A DNA stretch of 64,000 nt from Thermoplasmatota archaeon (GTDB lineage Archaea > Thermoplasmatota > JAKEGO01), in NCBI GenBank assembly GCA_028279595.1, contig JANQNK010000020.1, forward strand, positions 256,001 through 320,000, given 5' to 3'. Position 1 is the stretch's first letter. Every line of letters begins with the position of its first letter. Of the stretch, positions 17,826-28,174 are shown piece by piece. The notes under the pieces are model-generated. The model worked only from the letters and a program-made list of their open reading frames with translations, ran no database searches and had not been told where the DNA came from. Made by a program: the position numbers and the translations under genes.

Positions 17826-20800
17826 CTATTGTTTCTCCTTCCTTTCGGGATCCTCTTTCTCCTGCTTCTCGACACCCTCTTCCCATTCGGGTGTGGGGGC
17901 ACCCTCGTCCCCGGGTCCTGCAGGGGTCTCGCCGGGATCATCGCCGTCCGCCTTCGAACCCTCCCATTCCGGCGTTGCCTCGGGATCGTCGGAATCGTCC
18001 TCTGCGGAAACCTCATCCTGTTCGTCGCCGTCGTCCTCCCATTCAGGGGAGTCGACCGACTTCGATTCGTCCCGCAGGCCGTCGAGGTCCTCCTTCCTCT
18101 CGGGTCCCGGCCTCGCTCCGGGGACGGCCTTTTCATCCTTGTCCGGAGCCCTCATCGATCCATAGCGCTCGACGTGTCCGGCGTCCTCGAAGTCCTTGAT
18201 GTCGGGTCCCTCGTCCGGTTTCCGCGGCACGCCCATGGGGAAGTCGGGGCCTACATCGTCGGGTTCGCTGCCCGGGATCGGCGGTAACGGCTTGAGGCCC
18301 TTTCCGTCGTCCTCGACCTCGTCTTCGCTGTCCCCGTCCTTGGTCTTTTCCCACGCATCGTCCTGCGATCCCTTCGGCAGCAGCGCGCCGCACTCGGGAC
18401 AGCGATGGGATACGTTGTCCTCGACCTCGGACCTGCAGCGCGGACAGGTGACCTTGTTCGCCCTTGCCCTGATCTTCTTGAAGGCGCTCTTGTGCCTGAT
18501 GTAGACCACTGCAAGGAATATCACGACGATCACGAGGACCGCTATCATCAGGAACGGAACGAGGGAGCTCTCGTCCTTCTCCCCCTGCAGCTCGAGGGGA
18601 GCGAAGATCGTCAGATGAGTGACGTTCGCCCAGACGAAGTCGTTCTCGATGTCGACGCCGGTAAGACCCGCGATACGCCAATCCTCGTCCTCGGCATCCC
18701 AGTAGAACATGCGCAGTTTCTTTGCGCTGACACCGGAGGGAAGGTCGCCGTAATGCACCTCTATACTGACCCACGAGACGTTCGCATCGGGATCGTCGAT
18801 CTCGATGGTGAAGTAGAGTCCTATGTCGGTCCTATCACCGCCTGACGGGTCTGCGGTGGGGCCTACGTCCAACTCACCCGGGCCCTGGATGGATGCCCAG
18901 ACCACAATGTATCCATCCGTGAACGAGCTGTTGATCATGAGGATGCGGTCCCGCGTCACGACCGTCGCTGTGAGCGGTAATAACTCACTCCCTTTGGACC
19001 CGTTGTTGATACCGTCAGTTGCCACGATCCAGTAGTTGACCCCGGGCGGGACCACGGCATAGCCAGGAATGACGGCAGAGTAGGTGCCTGACAAGTGGTC
19101 CCCAGAGGTCCGATCCATTTCGATGCCAGCGAAACTGAACGGGTATCTCGGGTCCTCGTAGCGAAGCTCGACATATTGAACGAACCGATCATCGCCCACT
19201 ACCGCCGAAATCGTCAACGGTTCGCCGTGCGTCCAGTTGACCTCGGGGACATGGCTGATCCACGGCGCATCGGTGTCGTCCGGAGTAAGGACGTCCACCT
19301 CGTACGGGTCGCCCACCGGGTCAGTGACCGAGTTGCGACCGTCCGAGGCGATCATGTAGTAGGAGAAGTCGTCGGAGACATCCGAAGCAGGGATCGTCGC
19401 TTTGAAGAGGATCCCTCCGTACATTGGCAGTGTCTTCCATGATGAGCCCTTCCCGTAATAGAGCGTGACATTGTCGATCCCGATGTCGTCATACACATAT
19501 ACCGTGATGTTCACATCCACACCGGCCTCCGCCGATGTCACTGGTTCGTGGACGATGGCTGGGGGATTCCTGTCGACGGCCGAGAGGTCGATTGTGAAGT
19601 TCCTCTTCTCGGACGGTACCTCGAACCTGCCATCGCCGATCTCCACCCACCATTGGTAGGTGATGTTCTCAGTGAGATTGTATATGAATGTTGCCGATGA
19701 GTTGTGCTGGTGGACCTGCCAGACCTCGGTGCCGTTGTGATAGAGGAGCAGGCGGTTGCTGTAGGCGTCTCCGTCGGGATCGTAGGACTGCCACGCGAAC
19801 AGGACGGTGGTCGAATTGATGACAGCGTCGTCGGGCGGTGTCAACAGATCCACGGTCGGCGGATGGGGAAGGTCGGAGTTGTTCAGGGTGACGAGGGTAC
19901 CGAGGCTGTATCCATCGACGGACTGGTCGCTTGGAAGGAACCATACGTACAGTGTGCCACTGAACTCGGGGACGTCGTTGAGCGAATCCCAGACGAAGGT
20001 GTAATTCACCCCGGTTGCGTCAACCGGTAGGTCGTCGGTGTCATTCAGGATGGTACAGGGTCCGTATGTACTGTTATCGATGTGCCAACCGACGTAGACC
20101 GAAACCGGGTCCCAGTTCGCGTCCGCAATGGTCACGTTGAACCAGACCAGTCCCATGTCGACGTTCTTGTCGATGAGCTCGATCGTCGGCTGTTGCGCCA
20201 GTAACATGAAGGATATCCTCAATACCGGACCGGGACCCACGGTTTGTTTGACCTGTTCGCTTGCCCTATCCTTGACCGAGACGTTGTAGGTCTGGTTGTG
20301 AGTACCAGTGATGTTGTGAACGACGCCGGGCATGATGATCCATGGGCTCTTGCCCTTCGTGTCCGTCCGGGCTCCAGTTCCGCCATATCCGGGGGATGCA
20401 TGCATTACGGTATCGGATATCGTGTTCAGGACCTCGATCTCGGCGTCGCCGACCGGATTGGATGCAAGGGTGTCGTCGGTCACCATGACCTGGAAGTACA
20501 TCATCTCAGTGATCCAGCTGTAGTCGTGAATTGTCGCCCAATCCCAGGTCGAGTTGTATGTAAGCAGGTAGGAGCCCGACAGGTCCAACCTACCAAAGGA
20601 AACGTTGAAACCGGTGCCCATTGAATCCCTCAACGCGAAGTAATCGTCAATGCTCGAGTGCTCGATCCAGAAGGTGGTGTCCATCAGTTCGATGTCCTCG
20701 ATGATAGAATCCGAGATATCGATGTCGCTCTCATGGGCCTGTAGCTCGCACCACGCCATACTCAGTGAGGCGCCTTCGATATCGATGCCTTCGGAACCCA

Positions 20801-23249
20801 CTATCAGGATGTTGATGTCGGTCGCGTTCATGATTGCGAGGTTCGAGCTGTTTATCAGTGCAAGGTATCCATGCTCGCTGGCATCGATGTCATCGGTAGC
20901 GTTCATGTAATATCCGATGGAGCCTCCGTTCACTGTCACCGTCTCGTTGAAGTCGAGGGTGGTCATGTCGATGCTCTCTCCGTCCATCCACAGGTTGCCG
21001 ATGTCCGAATCCCTCATGACCAGCGTACCGAAGCTAACCTTGAGGTCGTCGGAAAGCACAGAACCTGTTATCTCGAGGGTTGAATCTCCCAACCAGGCAT
21101 CCCCCTCCAGACCGGAGTCGATGACCACGACATGGCTCGAGAAGTAGACCTGGGCCGAGTTGAACCCTCCCGTCATGTTCGAATCCTCTATCGTCAGGTT
21201 CGAGAACACGACCATGAAGCCACTTGGAACATCGACGAAATTGCAGCCTTCGACCATCACGTCCGCGAATGTCAGGTTGTACTGGCTCCCCCCTCGGAAA
21301 CTTACATCATCGAAGTTAGCCGACCCGGTTATGTCGAACCCATCCGTGTTGCGTATCTCACCGCCCGTCCAATTGACGTGGCCGCCCACTGACAGGTCCG
21401 CGCCGATCAACGACGTATCCATGAACTCGGCCGTCCCCGTGATATCGAGATCGCCCTCGATATCGATCATGTACAGCGATGCCGATCCCGGAATCGACAC
21501 CGAGTCGAACACTCCGATTGTCGAATTGCTCACGGATGAAACGGAATCGATCACCATCCGCTCGTTCTCGACCCATTCTACGTGGATGCCGTCCTCCATC
21601 AGCTCGAGGAGTTCGATCCGTGTGTTGATGGACCCGTTGAGGGTCAGGGCTTTCGATATGGTGCCCCCGTCATAGGTCCCGTTGAGAACGTGTATGGTAT
21701 CTCCTTCGGCCGCGTTGTCGTGCCCCTTCATCACGGTGTCGTAGGGGTGATCCATCGAACCGTTCATGCTCCCGTTCGCGTCGTCGTCGACGTAGATGTC
21801 CATCGCGTACGGTCTTGTGAACGTCTCCTGGCGGCTCAACTGCATGTTCAGGTCCCTCATCTCCGACCAAGGTCCGAGGGTCATGCCTGCGTCGATGTCG
21901 TGGAGCGTCATTCCCCCCATGCTCCGCGTCATGTACTTGACGATGACACCTCCGATGATACCTGTCGACCGCGTCTTGTCGTCGGTCCCGTTGTAGACCT
22001 CGGTGGAATATATCTTGGAACCATCCTCGATAACGACACCGTCGACCCCCTCGATGGGTCCTTCCGAGTTCTTCGCATAGAGCCAGAGGTAATTGTACAT
22101 CGTGAACGTCGATGTCGAGTCCACCGAGTGATTGTTATGTGTGAGATTGTAGGAGTTAACCTCCGACGAGTCGATGAGCTCCATGTCCATCTCGGTGACA
22201 TCAATGGTGGAGTTCGTTATGTTGCCCCATGAGGCTTCGTAGCCGATCCCGTCCTCCGATTCGTTCAGGCCGATATCGTAGATGTCGGAGCTCGAGTTCC
22301 GGAAGTAGATCGACGCGAAGGTTCCGTCGCACCTGTAGAAGGTCGTGTCCATAATGGTCAATGTCGCCATGTAGGTCTCCATGTGTCTCTGTACCGAGTC
22401 AACGAGCGAGCTGTTCACGATATCGACGGTACCCTCGGAGACGGTGATCCCGTCGGTGGCCCCTTCTATCGTGACGTTGTCAATGGTCACGTCAAAGCCT
22501 TCCGTGATCGGTATCCCGTCGGTGCAGTCCTGTATCAACGAGTCCTCTATGGTGACGTTGATGTTGTCCTTCAGCATGATGCCGTTGGAGGCCGAGTAGA
22601 TCTGTGCCCTCCTGACGATCGTGTCGTTGGTCTCCTTTGCGAGGTCGATCCCGTAGGTGCTCCCCGTGACCATCACGTCCTCGATGGTGACATCCTCGGA
22701 CTCGTAGATGTACATACTGAACAGGGACACACCGAGGACGCTCGAGTTCCTAACTGTCACGTTGGTAGAGCCTTTCACGGAAACGCCGCGCACACCGTTC
22801 GTGATGTCGATCTTGTTCATCAGCGCGGTCTCGGCACCGGTGATGTCGATCGCAGTCTGGGTTATCGTGGGGAACTCCAGGTCCCTGAGCCTGATGTCGG
22901 GGGCCGTGCAAAGGATGCCGAAATCGCCGTCCTGGACCGATATGTGGCTGATGGTCGCGTTGGCGCTGACGTCGAACACGGTCCCGACAACCTCGACCGC
23001 GGTCTCGGTGGTTCCGTTCCCGTAGATCGTGACCGATTTGTTGACGATCACATTCTCATGGTAGTTCCCGGCGAACACGTAGATCCAATCGCCATCGGTC
23101 GCGTTGTCGATAGCGCCCTGGATGTTGTCGTAGTCCGCCTTCGCCCAATCGTCGTCGACGATTATGACGTCGCCGCTGCCGACAGCGGCTACGGCTAAAA
23201 GCATGCTCGATAGGCACAGGAGTGCTAGAAATCCCCTCAACATGTGCAT
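17826..23249 (-). CDS. Large cell-surface protein: right-handed beta-helix (NosD/pectin-lyase-like) regions, Ig/FN3-like domains, single TM, cytoplasmic zinc ribbon and acidic tail
   Basis: Signal peptide; IIVDDD..YDNIQGAIDNA..G.Y.ENVIV and IYVDDD..G..DHPY.TV beta-helix caps; D..PP.I.H repeats; TM LVPFLMIAVLVIVVIFLAVVY; CPRC/CPECG. Confidence 0.85.
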   Translation of the reverse strand: MHMLRGFLALLCLSSMLLAVAAVGSGDVIIVDDDWAKADYDNIQGAIDNATDGDWIYVFAGNYHENVIVNKSVTIYGNGTTETAVEVVGTVFDVSANATISHISVQDGDFGILCTAPDIRLRDLEFPTITQTAIDITGAETALMNKIDITNGVRGVSVKGSTNVTVRNSSVLGVSLFSMYIYESEDVTIEDVMVTGSTYGIDLAKETNDTIVRRAQIYSASNGIMLKDNINVTIEDSLIQDCTDGIPITEGFDVTIDNVTIEGATDGITVSEGTVDIVNSSLVDSVQRHMETYMATLTIMDTTFYRCDGTFASIYFRNSSSDIYDIGLNESEDGIGYEASWGNITNSTIDVTEMDMELIDSSEVNSYNLTHNNHSVDSTSTFTMYNYLWLYAKNSEGPIEGVDGVVIEDGSKIYSTEVYNGTDDKTRSTGIIGGVIVKYMTRSMGGMTLHDIDAGMTLGPWSEMRDLNMQLSRQETFTRPYAMDIYVDDDANGSMNGSMDHPYDTVMKGHDNAAEGDTIHVLNGTYDGGTISKALTLNGSINTRIELLELMEDGIHVEWVENERMVIDSVSSVSNSTIGVFDSVSIPGSASLYMIDIEGDLDITGTAEFMDTSLIGADLSVGGHVNWTGGEIRNTDGFDITGSANFDDVSFRGGSQYNLTFADVMVEGCNFVDVPSGFMVVFSNLTIEDSNMTGGFNSAQVYFSSHVVVIDSGLEGDAWLGDSTLEITGSVLSDDLKVSFGTLVMRDSDIGNLWMDGESIDMTTLDFNETVTVNGGSIGYYMNATDDIDASEHGYLALINSSNLAIMNATDINILIVGSEGIDIEGASLSMAWCELQAHESDIDISDSIIEDIELMDTTFWIEHSSIDDYFALRDSMGTGFNVSFGRLDLSGSYLLTYNSTWDWATIHDYSWITEMMYFQVMVTDDTLASNPVGDAEIEVLNTISDTVMHASPGYGGTGARTDTKGKSPWIIMPGVVHNITGTHNQTYNVSVKDRASEQVKQTVGPGPVLRISFMLLAQQPTIELIDKNVDMGLVWFNVTIADANWDPVSVYVGWHIDNSTYGPCTILNDTDDLPVDATGVNYTFVWDSLNDVPEFSGTLYVWFLPSDQSVDGYSLGTLVTLNNSDLPHPPTVDLLTPPDDAVINSTTVLFAWQSYDPDGDAYSNRLLLYHNGTEVWQVHQHNSSATFIYNLTENITYQWWVEIGDGRFEVPSEKRNFTIDLSAVDRNPPAIVHEPVTSAEAGVDVNITVYVYDDIGIDNVTLYYGKGSSWKTLPMYGGILFKATIPASDVSDDFSYYMIASDGRNSVTDPVGDPYEVDVLTPDDTDAPWISHVPEVNWTHGEPLTISAVVGDDRFVQYVELRYEDPRYPFSFAGIEMDRTSGDHLSGTYSAVIPGYAVVPPGVNYWIVATDGINNGSKGSELLPLTATVVTRDRILMINSSFTDGYIVVWASIQGPGELDVGPTADPSGGDRTDIGLYFTIEIDDPDANVSWVSIEVHYGDLPSGVSAKKLRMFYWDAEDEDWRIAGLTGVDIENDFVWANVTHLTIFAPLELQGEKDESSLVPFLMIAVLVIVVIFLAVVYIRHKSAFKKIRARANKVTCPRCRSEVEDNVSHRCPECGALLPKGSQDDAWEKTKDGDSEDEVEDDGKGLKPLPPIPGSEPDDVGPDFPMGVPRKPDEGPDIKDFEDAGHVERYGSMRAPDKDEKAVPGARPGPERKEDLDGLRDESKSVDSPEWEDDGDEQDEVSAEDDSDDPEATPEWEGSKADGDDPGETPAGPGDEGAPTPEWEEGVEKQEKEDPERKEKQ

Positions 23250-23413
23250 CGCCAGTGTTCAATCGCCACTGTTTCATTTATAGGTTTGCATATAGGCCTT
23301 AGCGGTCAGGTCGTAACGCGTTTCCATGCTGAGTGGAGGTCAGCCATATCCCGCGAAACATTTTCCACGATAGGTTTAATTATAACTCACCGTATCGGCG
23401 ACCGGTGACACAG

Positions 23414-24553
23414 ATGGACATGAGTTCCTACCTCAGTGAGTACGATAACGAGAACATCACGATAGGCGCCATCGCCTCCCACTCTGCCCTGGACGTCTTC
23501 GACGGCGCGGTCGAGGAGGGCTTCAAGACCCTGGCCATCTGCCAGGCGGGCCGTGAGAGGACCTACACGGAGTTCTTCAAGGGCTACAGGCGAGATGGTG
23601 AGATGTACCGCGGCATGGTCGACGACTCGATCGTCCTCGACAAGTTCAAGGATGTCATGGGGCAGGAGATGCAGGTCGATCTGAGGTCGAGGAGCACGGT
23701 CATGATCCCGAACCGCTCGTTCTCATCGTACGTCGATATCGAGGACATCGAGGAGCGGTTCCATGTGCCGATGTTCGGTAGCAGGAACATGCTCCGGGTG
23801 GAGGAGCGCGGAGAGAAGCAGGACTACTACTGGCTCCTCGAGAAGGCCGGCCTCCCGTTCCCGGAGAAGGTGGCACCCGAGGACATCGACGAGCTGACGA
23901 TCATCAAGCTGCATCACGCGGTCAAGAAACTGGAGCGCGGTTTCTTCACGGCATCCTCGTACGAGGAGTACCAGCAGAAGTCCGAACTGCTGCTCAAGCA
24001 GGGCATCATAACACAGGAGGCCCTCGACGGCGCACGTGTCGAGCGATACGTGATAGGACCGGTCTTCAACCTGGATTTCTTCTACTCTCCGCTGGAATCG
24101 AGGGCGAACGCCATCGAGCTCATCGGCGTCGACTGGAGGTTCGAATCGTCCCTGGACGGCCACGTCAGGCTCCCTGCACCCCAGCAGATCTCCCTGAACG
24201 AGAAGCAGATCGTTCCTGAGTACACTGTGGTCGGACACAACAGCGCGACCATCCGGGAGAGTCTGCTGGAGAAGACCTTCCCGATGGCCGAGAAGTTCAT
24301 CGAGGCAGCGAGGGAGCACTACTACCCGGGAATGATCGGGCCGTTCTGCCTCCAGACCTGCATAGACAAGGACATGAACTATTACATCTACGACGTCGCT
24401 CCGAGGATCGGCGGCGGCACCAACGTTCACATGAGCGTCGGTCATCCCTACGGCAACGCGTTGTGGCGGAGACAGCTATCGACGGGCAGGCGCGTCGCAA
24501 TGGAAGTGAAGCGCGCGGCCGAGGAGGACAGGCTCTCCGAGATATGCACCTGA
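23414..24553 (+). CDS. purP: FAICAR synthetase PurP family (ATP-grasp)
   Basis: ASHSALDVFDGAVEEGF, IPNRSF, ERGFF, TIRESLLE, IGPFCLQ, DVAPRIGGGTN. Confidence 0.92.
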   Translation: MDMSSYLSEYDNENITIGAIASHSALDVFDGAVEEGFKTLAICQAGRERTYTEFFKGYRRDGEMYRGMVDDSIVLDKFKDVMGQEMQVDLRSRSTVMIPNRSFSSYVDIEDIEERFHVPMFGSRNMLRVEERGEKQDYYWLLEKAGLPFPEKVAPEDIDELTIIKLHHAVKKLERGFFTASSYEEYQQKSELLLKQGIITQEALDGARVERYVIGPVFNLDFFYSPLESRANAIELIGVDWRFESSLDGHVRLPAPQQISLNEKQIVPEYTVVGHNSATIRESLLEKTFPMAEKFIEAAREHYYPGMIGPFCLQTCIDKDMNYYIYDVAPRIGGGTNVHMSVGHPYGNALWRRQLSTGRRVAMEVKRAAEEDRLSEICT

Positions 24554-24562
24554 GGTGATCCC

Positions 24563-25135
24563 ATGTCGGATGATCGGGGACCAATAACAACGAGGACAGT
24601 GGTCCGAAGGACCATGCTGGTAGTGATTGCGCTCTTTATCCTGGTAGCGCCATCGATGCAGGTCGCAGCGACAAAGGAGACCCGCGACTGGAACGTCCAG
24701 GAAGGTTCATGCTCGTTCCACGGTCTCGGACACCCTTACACACTGGACCAATTCCGTGACTACGACGTCGTCGAGGTCTTTGTTAACGTATCTTACGGCG
24801 GTCCGATCGACGTCTACCTCATGAAGGCCCGCGAGTACAACAAGATGAAGGACGGCGAGGATTTCACAGCCGAGGTTTCGAAGCAGAACACCAATCGCAC
24901 CAGGTTCAGGTGGCAGAAGCACAGCGACATCCTGTACGTCATCGGCTTCGACAACATGGACAATGCCAAGGACAACGATGCTCAACCGTACACCACCGCC
25001 TACATCCATTTCTCCATCGAGATCGACGAAAGGCACCAGGACATGGAGCTCTGGGCGATCCAGCAGTGGGGAATACTGGCAGGTGCTATAATCATTGTAG
25101 CCACTGTTGTCTTCGTCAAGGTTAAGCTTCGTTGA
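24563..25135 (+). CDS. Hypothetical type-I membrane protein with beta-sandwich (GOLD/p24-like) ectodomain
   Basis: Signal peptide; GGPIDVYLM...YVIGFDN; C-terminal TM; paralog of 52211..52879. Confidence 0.65.
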   Translation: MSDDRGPITTRTVVRRTMLVVIALFILVAPSMQVAATKETRDWNVQEGSCSFHGLGHPYTLDQFRDYDVVEVFVNVSYGGPIDVYLMKAREYNKMKDGEDFTAEVSKQNTNRTRFRWQKHSDILYVIGFDNMDNAKDNDAQPYTTAYIHFSIEIDERHQDMELWAIQQWGILAGAIIIVATVVFVKVKLR

Positions 25136-25144
25136 ATTTCTTGT

Positions 25145-26305
25145 TCACTCGAACGACCGCCGGATGCTCTCGATCGCCGCATCGATGTTCTCCAGACTCG
25201 TAGCGTAAGAGAACCTCAGATATCCTTCACCGTAGGGTCCGAAGGATGTCCCCGGAAGGACCGCGACACCTGCGTTGTTGAGGAGATGGTCTGCCACCTC
25301 CTGCGAGGTCATGCCCGTGCCCTTGATGTTCGGGAACGCGTAGTATGCTCCCTTGGGGGCGAGGCAGCTGAATCCGGGTATGGAGTTCAATCCTTCCACC
25401 ACGCGGTCCCTCTTCTCCTTGTACCTCACCATCATCTCAGAGATGAACGCCTGATCTCCGGTGAGGGCCTCGACACCGGCCCACTGGGTGAACGTTGCTG
25501 TACACGACACGGCACTCACGAGGAAGTCCTGCAGTCGTGCCGCCAACGGTTTCGGGACTACCATGTAACCGAGGCGCCAGCCTGTCATCGCATAGTATTT
25601 CGAGAATCCGTCCAGGAGGACCGTCCGCTCGGCGCAGCCGTCCCTCGCCGTGGGCGAGAAGTGGTCGTCCTCGTATGTCATCTTCGAGTAGATCTCGTCG
25701 GACATCACCCAGACATCCCTTTCCTCGGCTATCTCCGCGATCTCGTCCATCTCCTTCCTGGTCATCACCGACCCGGTCGGGTTCTGGGGTGAGTTGACTA
25801 CGATCAGTTTCGTCTTCTCCGTAATACGTTCCTCGATGTCCGCCGGGTTCATCCTGAACTCGTTCTCCTCAAGCAACGGGATGCAGACCCCCTTGGCGCC
25901 GATGAACGAGACAATGGAACCGTATGCCGGATATCCCGGGTCCTGGTAGATGACCTCGTCCCCGGGGTCCACGATCCCTAGCATTCCGAAGAAGATGCCG
26001 GGTTTCAGTCCCGGAATTATGACGATCTGCTCGACGTCCGGCCTGTATCCGCGGGTCCTCTCGACCTCGTCCTGGAGTGCTTGCCTGAGTTCCAGGACTC
26101 CGACGGAAGGGACGTAGTGGGTCTTCTTCTTCTGGATCGCCCTGATGCCTGCCTGGGCTATGTTATCGGGTGTCTCGATGTCCGGCTCTCCGATCTCGAA
26201 GTGGAGTATCTCCCTGCCCTGTCGTTCCAGGGCCTGGGCCTTCGCCAGCACCTCGAACGCCGCTTCTCCGTAGATCCTTCCCGCTCCGTCGCTGAGCTCT
26301 ACCAT
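25145..26305 (-). CDS. PLP-dependent aminotransferase class I/II (aspartate aminotransferase-like)
   Basis: IGEPD, NSPQNPTG, SDEIY, GFSKYYAMTGWRLG, GEGYLRFSYA. Confidence 0.95.
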   Translation of the reverse strand: MVELSDGAGRIYGEAAFEVLAKAQALERQGREILHFEIGEPDIETPDNIAQAGIRAIQKKKTHYVPSVGVLELRQALQDEVERTRGYRPDVEQIVIIPGLKPGIFFGMLGIVDPGDEVIYQDPGYPAYGSIVSFIGAKGVCIPLLEENEFRMNPADIEERITEKTKLIVVNSPQNPTGSVMTRKEMDEIAEIAEERDVWVMSDEIYSKMTYEDDHFSPTARDGCAERTVLLDGFSKYYAMTGWRLGYMVVPKPLAARLQDFLVSAVSCTATFTQWAGVEALTGDQAFISEMMVRYKEKRDRVVEGLNSIPGFSCLAPKGAYYAFPNIKGTGMTSQEVADHLLNNAGVAVLPGTSFGPYGEGYLRFSYATSLENIDAAIESIRRSFE

Positions 26306-26306
26306 C

Positions 26307-28127
26307 TCAATGACCTCCTGCGTATCCGGAGAGGCCGAGTTCCGCCAGCCTCCCTTCCGTGGGAACGCCGGTGGCGTCCCAACCTCTCAATGAATAGTAA
26401 TCCTGAAGGCACTTCTCGTACCCCTCCCGGTCGAGCGTAACACCCTTCGCCTCGCCCTCCGTGAAGGGATCGTTGAACATCCTCGGAGGGAGAGAGTCAT
26501 CCGGGTTCATGCCTTCCCGAAGATTGAAGAGCCGGACGAGATTCCAGATCCTCTCGCCGGCCATGAGATAGCTCTCGACGGTGTGGTCGAAACCCGTGGC
26601 CTTGTTCCACATATCGACGCAGTCCTCCTCCGATACTGGCGCGAAATCGCAGAGTACCAGGGAGAAGAATGCAGCCCTCTCGTCCTGCATGCCCTTGACG
26701 AGTTCAGGCTTCCTTTCGAACGAGAATCTGTCATAGTCCGGGTCACCGATCTCCGTAGTGACGGTCCAGGCCCTCTCGTGGCAGCCGCCCCTGTCGGATG
26801 TGCCGTATGCCAGTCCCATGCCGAACGCTCCCCGTGGATCGTATCCCGGGATCTCAAGTCCGTTGGCGTGCACTGCGAACGCTTCGGAACCTTGACCTAG
26901 GATCTCGGCAGCTCCCCGAACACCCTCGGCGAGCACGTCCCCAGCCCGGTTACTCCTGTGAGCGATATCGTCGGCAAGCTGTGCCAGTGACGGCGGATCG
27001 CCCCACGATATCGAGTTCCCGCCGAGGTCCTCGTCGGAAAGGACCCCCTTCATGTATGCCTCGACGGCGAACCCAAGCACACCACCGAGGGAGATGGTGT
27101 CCATCCCGAGCTCGTTGCACCTTTCGTTGAGGTAGGCCACGTCCTCCATTGTACCGACCCCGAGGTTGGAACCCATGAGGGCGATCGTCTCGTACTCAGG
27201 ACCCACAAGGGTCGTCCCCTCGAATGGTCCCGACTTCACCGATGACCTGTTCCAGCAGGCTATCATGCAGTTGTAGCAGGCTCCTCCCTTGTCGACGATC
27301 CTCTCCTGCATCTGCTCGGCAGTTATCGCCTCGCCGTCCTCGAACCACCCTTCCTGGTAGTTCCTGGTCGGGAGCAGGCCCCAGTCGTTGACGGGTTTGA
27401 CCCAGTACGGTGTTCCGAACTTCGTACGGTTGGGCAGGAACGGATGCTCCCTGAATATCTTCAGGACCCTCGCCGTCGCCTCCTTGAACCCATCGGGGTC
27501 GTGGAGCGGTACGGTCCCGGTACCGACGATCGACACCGCCTTGAGGTTCTTGGAACCCATGACAGCACCCGAACCCCCCCGGCCCGCGTGCCTGTGGCCG
27601 TCCACGGTTATCGCCGCCAACTTCACCAGGTTCTCCCCGGCGGGGCCTATGACGGCCGTCCTGACGCGTCCGTTCGCCTGTAAGGCCTCGTGTGTCTCAA
27701 GGCATTCCATCCCCCAGAGGTCTGACGCGTCCTCGAACTCGATAGAATCATCCGATATACAGATCTGGACTGGTGATTCCGACCTGCCTGTTATGATGAT
27801 GACGTCCCAGCCCGCCTTCTTCATCTCGGCCGCAAAGGTACCGCCGAAGTGGGAGTCGAGGAAGAGCCCGGTCTGGGGAGATTTCGTTACCACCGTCCCC
27901 CTTCCCGACGTTTGCGCCCCCGTTCCTGTGAGCGGACCGCTCGTGAACATCAGGAGATTCTCGGGAGAGAGAGGATCGGTTCCCGCAGGAAGCCTGTCGA
28001 ATAGCAGTTTCGCTCCGAGCCCCTTGGCTCCTATGAAATCCCTTGCATCGTCAAGGTCCGTCTCCTCGATCGAGGTCGTCTTCGATCCCAGATCGATGTG
28101 CAGCATCCTACCTGTGTAGCCACCCAT
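26307..28127 (-). CDS. Aldehyde:ferredoxin oxidoreductase family protein (W-pterin)
   Basis: KSPQTG, IGPAGEN, AGRGGSGAVMGSKNLKAV, CYNCMIAC, GPEYET, LGMDTIS, PGYDPR, RGGCH. Confidence 0.96.
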   Translation of the reverse strand: MGGYTGRMLHIDLGSKTTSIEETDLDDARDFIGAKGLGAKLLFDRLPAGTDPLSPENLLMFTSGPLTGTGAQTSGRGTVVTKSPQTGLFLDSHFGGTFAAEMKKAGWDVIIITGRSESPVQICISDDSIEFEDASDLWGMECLETHEALQANGRVRTAVIGPAGENLVKLAAITVDGHRHAGRGGSGAVMGSKNLKAVSIVGTGTVPLHDPDGFKEATARVLKIFREHPFLPNRTKFGTPYWVKPVNDWGLLPTRNYQEGWFEDGEAITAEQMQERIVDKGGACYNCMIACWNRSSVKSGPFEGTTLVGPEYETIALMGSNLGVGTMEDVAYLNERCNELGMDTISLGGVLGFAVEAYMKGVLSDEDLGGNSISWGDPPSLAQLADDIAHRSNRAGDVLAEGVRGAAEILGQGSEAFAVHANGLEIPGYDPRGAFGMGLAYGTSDRGGCHERAWTVTTEIGDPDYDRFSFERKPELVKGMQDERAAFFSLVLCDFAPVSEEDCVDMWNKATGFDHTVESYLMAGERIWNLVRLFNLREGMNPDDSLPPRMFNDPFTEGEAKGVTLDREGYEKCLQDYYSLRGWDATGVPTEGRLAELGLSGYAGGH

Positions 28128-28174
28128 TTGATCACGTCCGTGATTGGGACGATTATGTCCCCTGAGCGTGAGGT

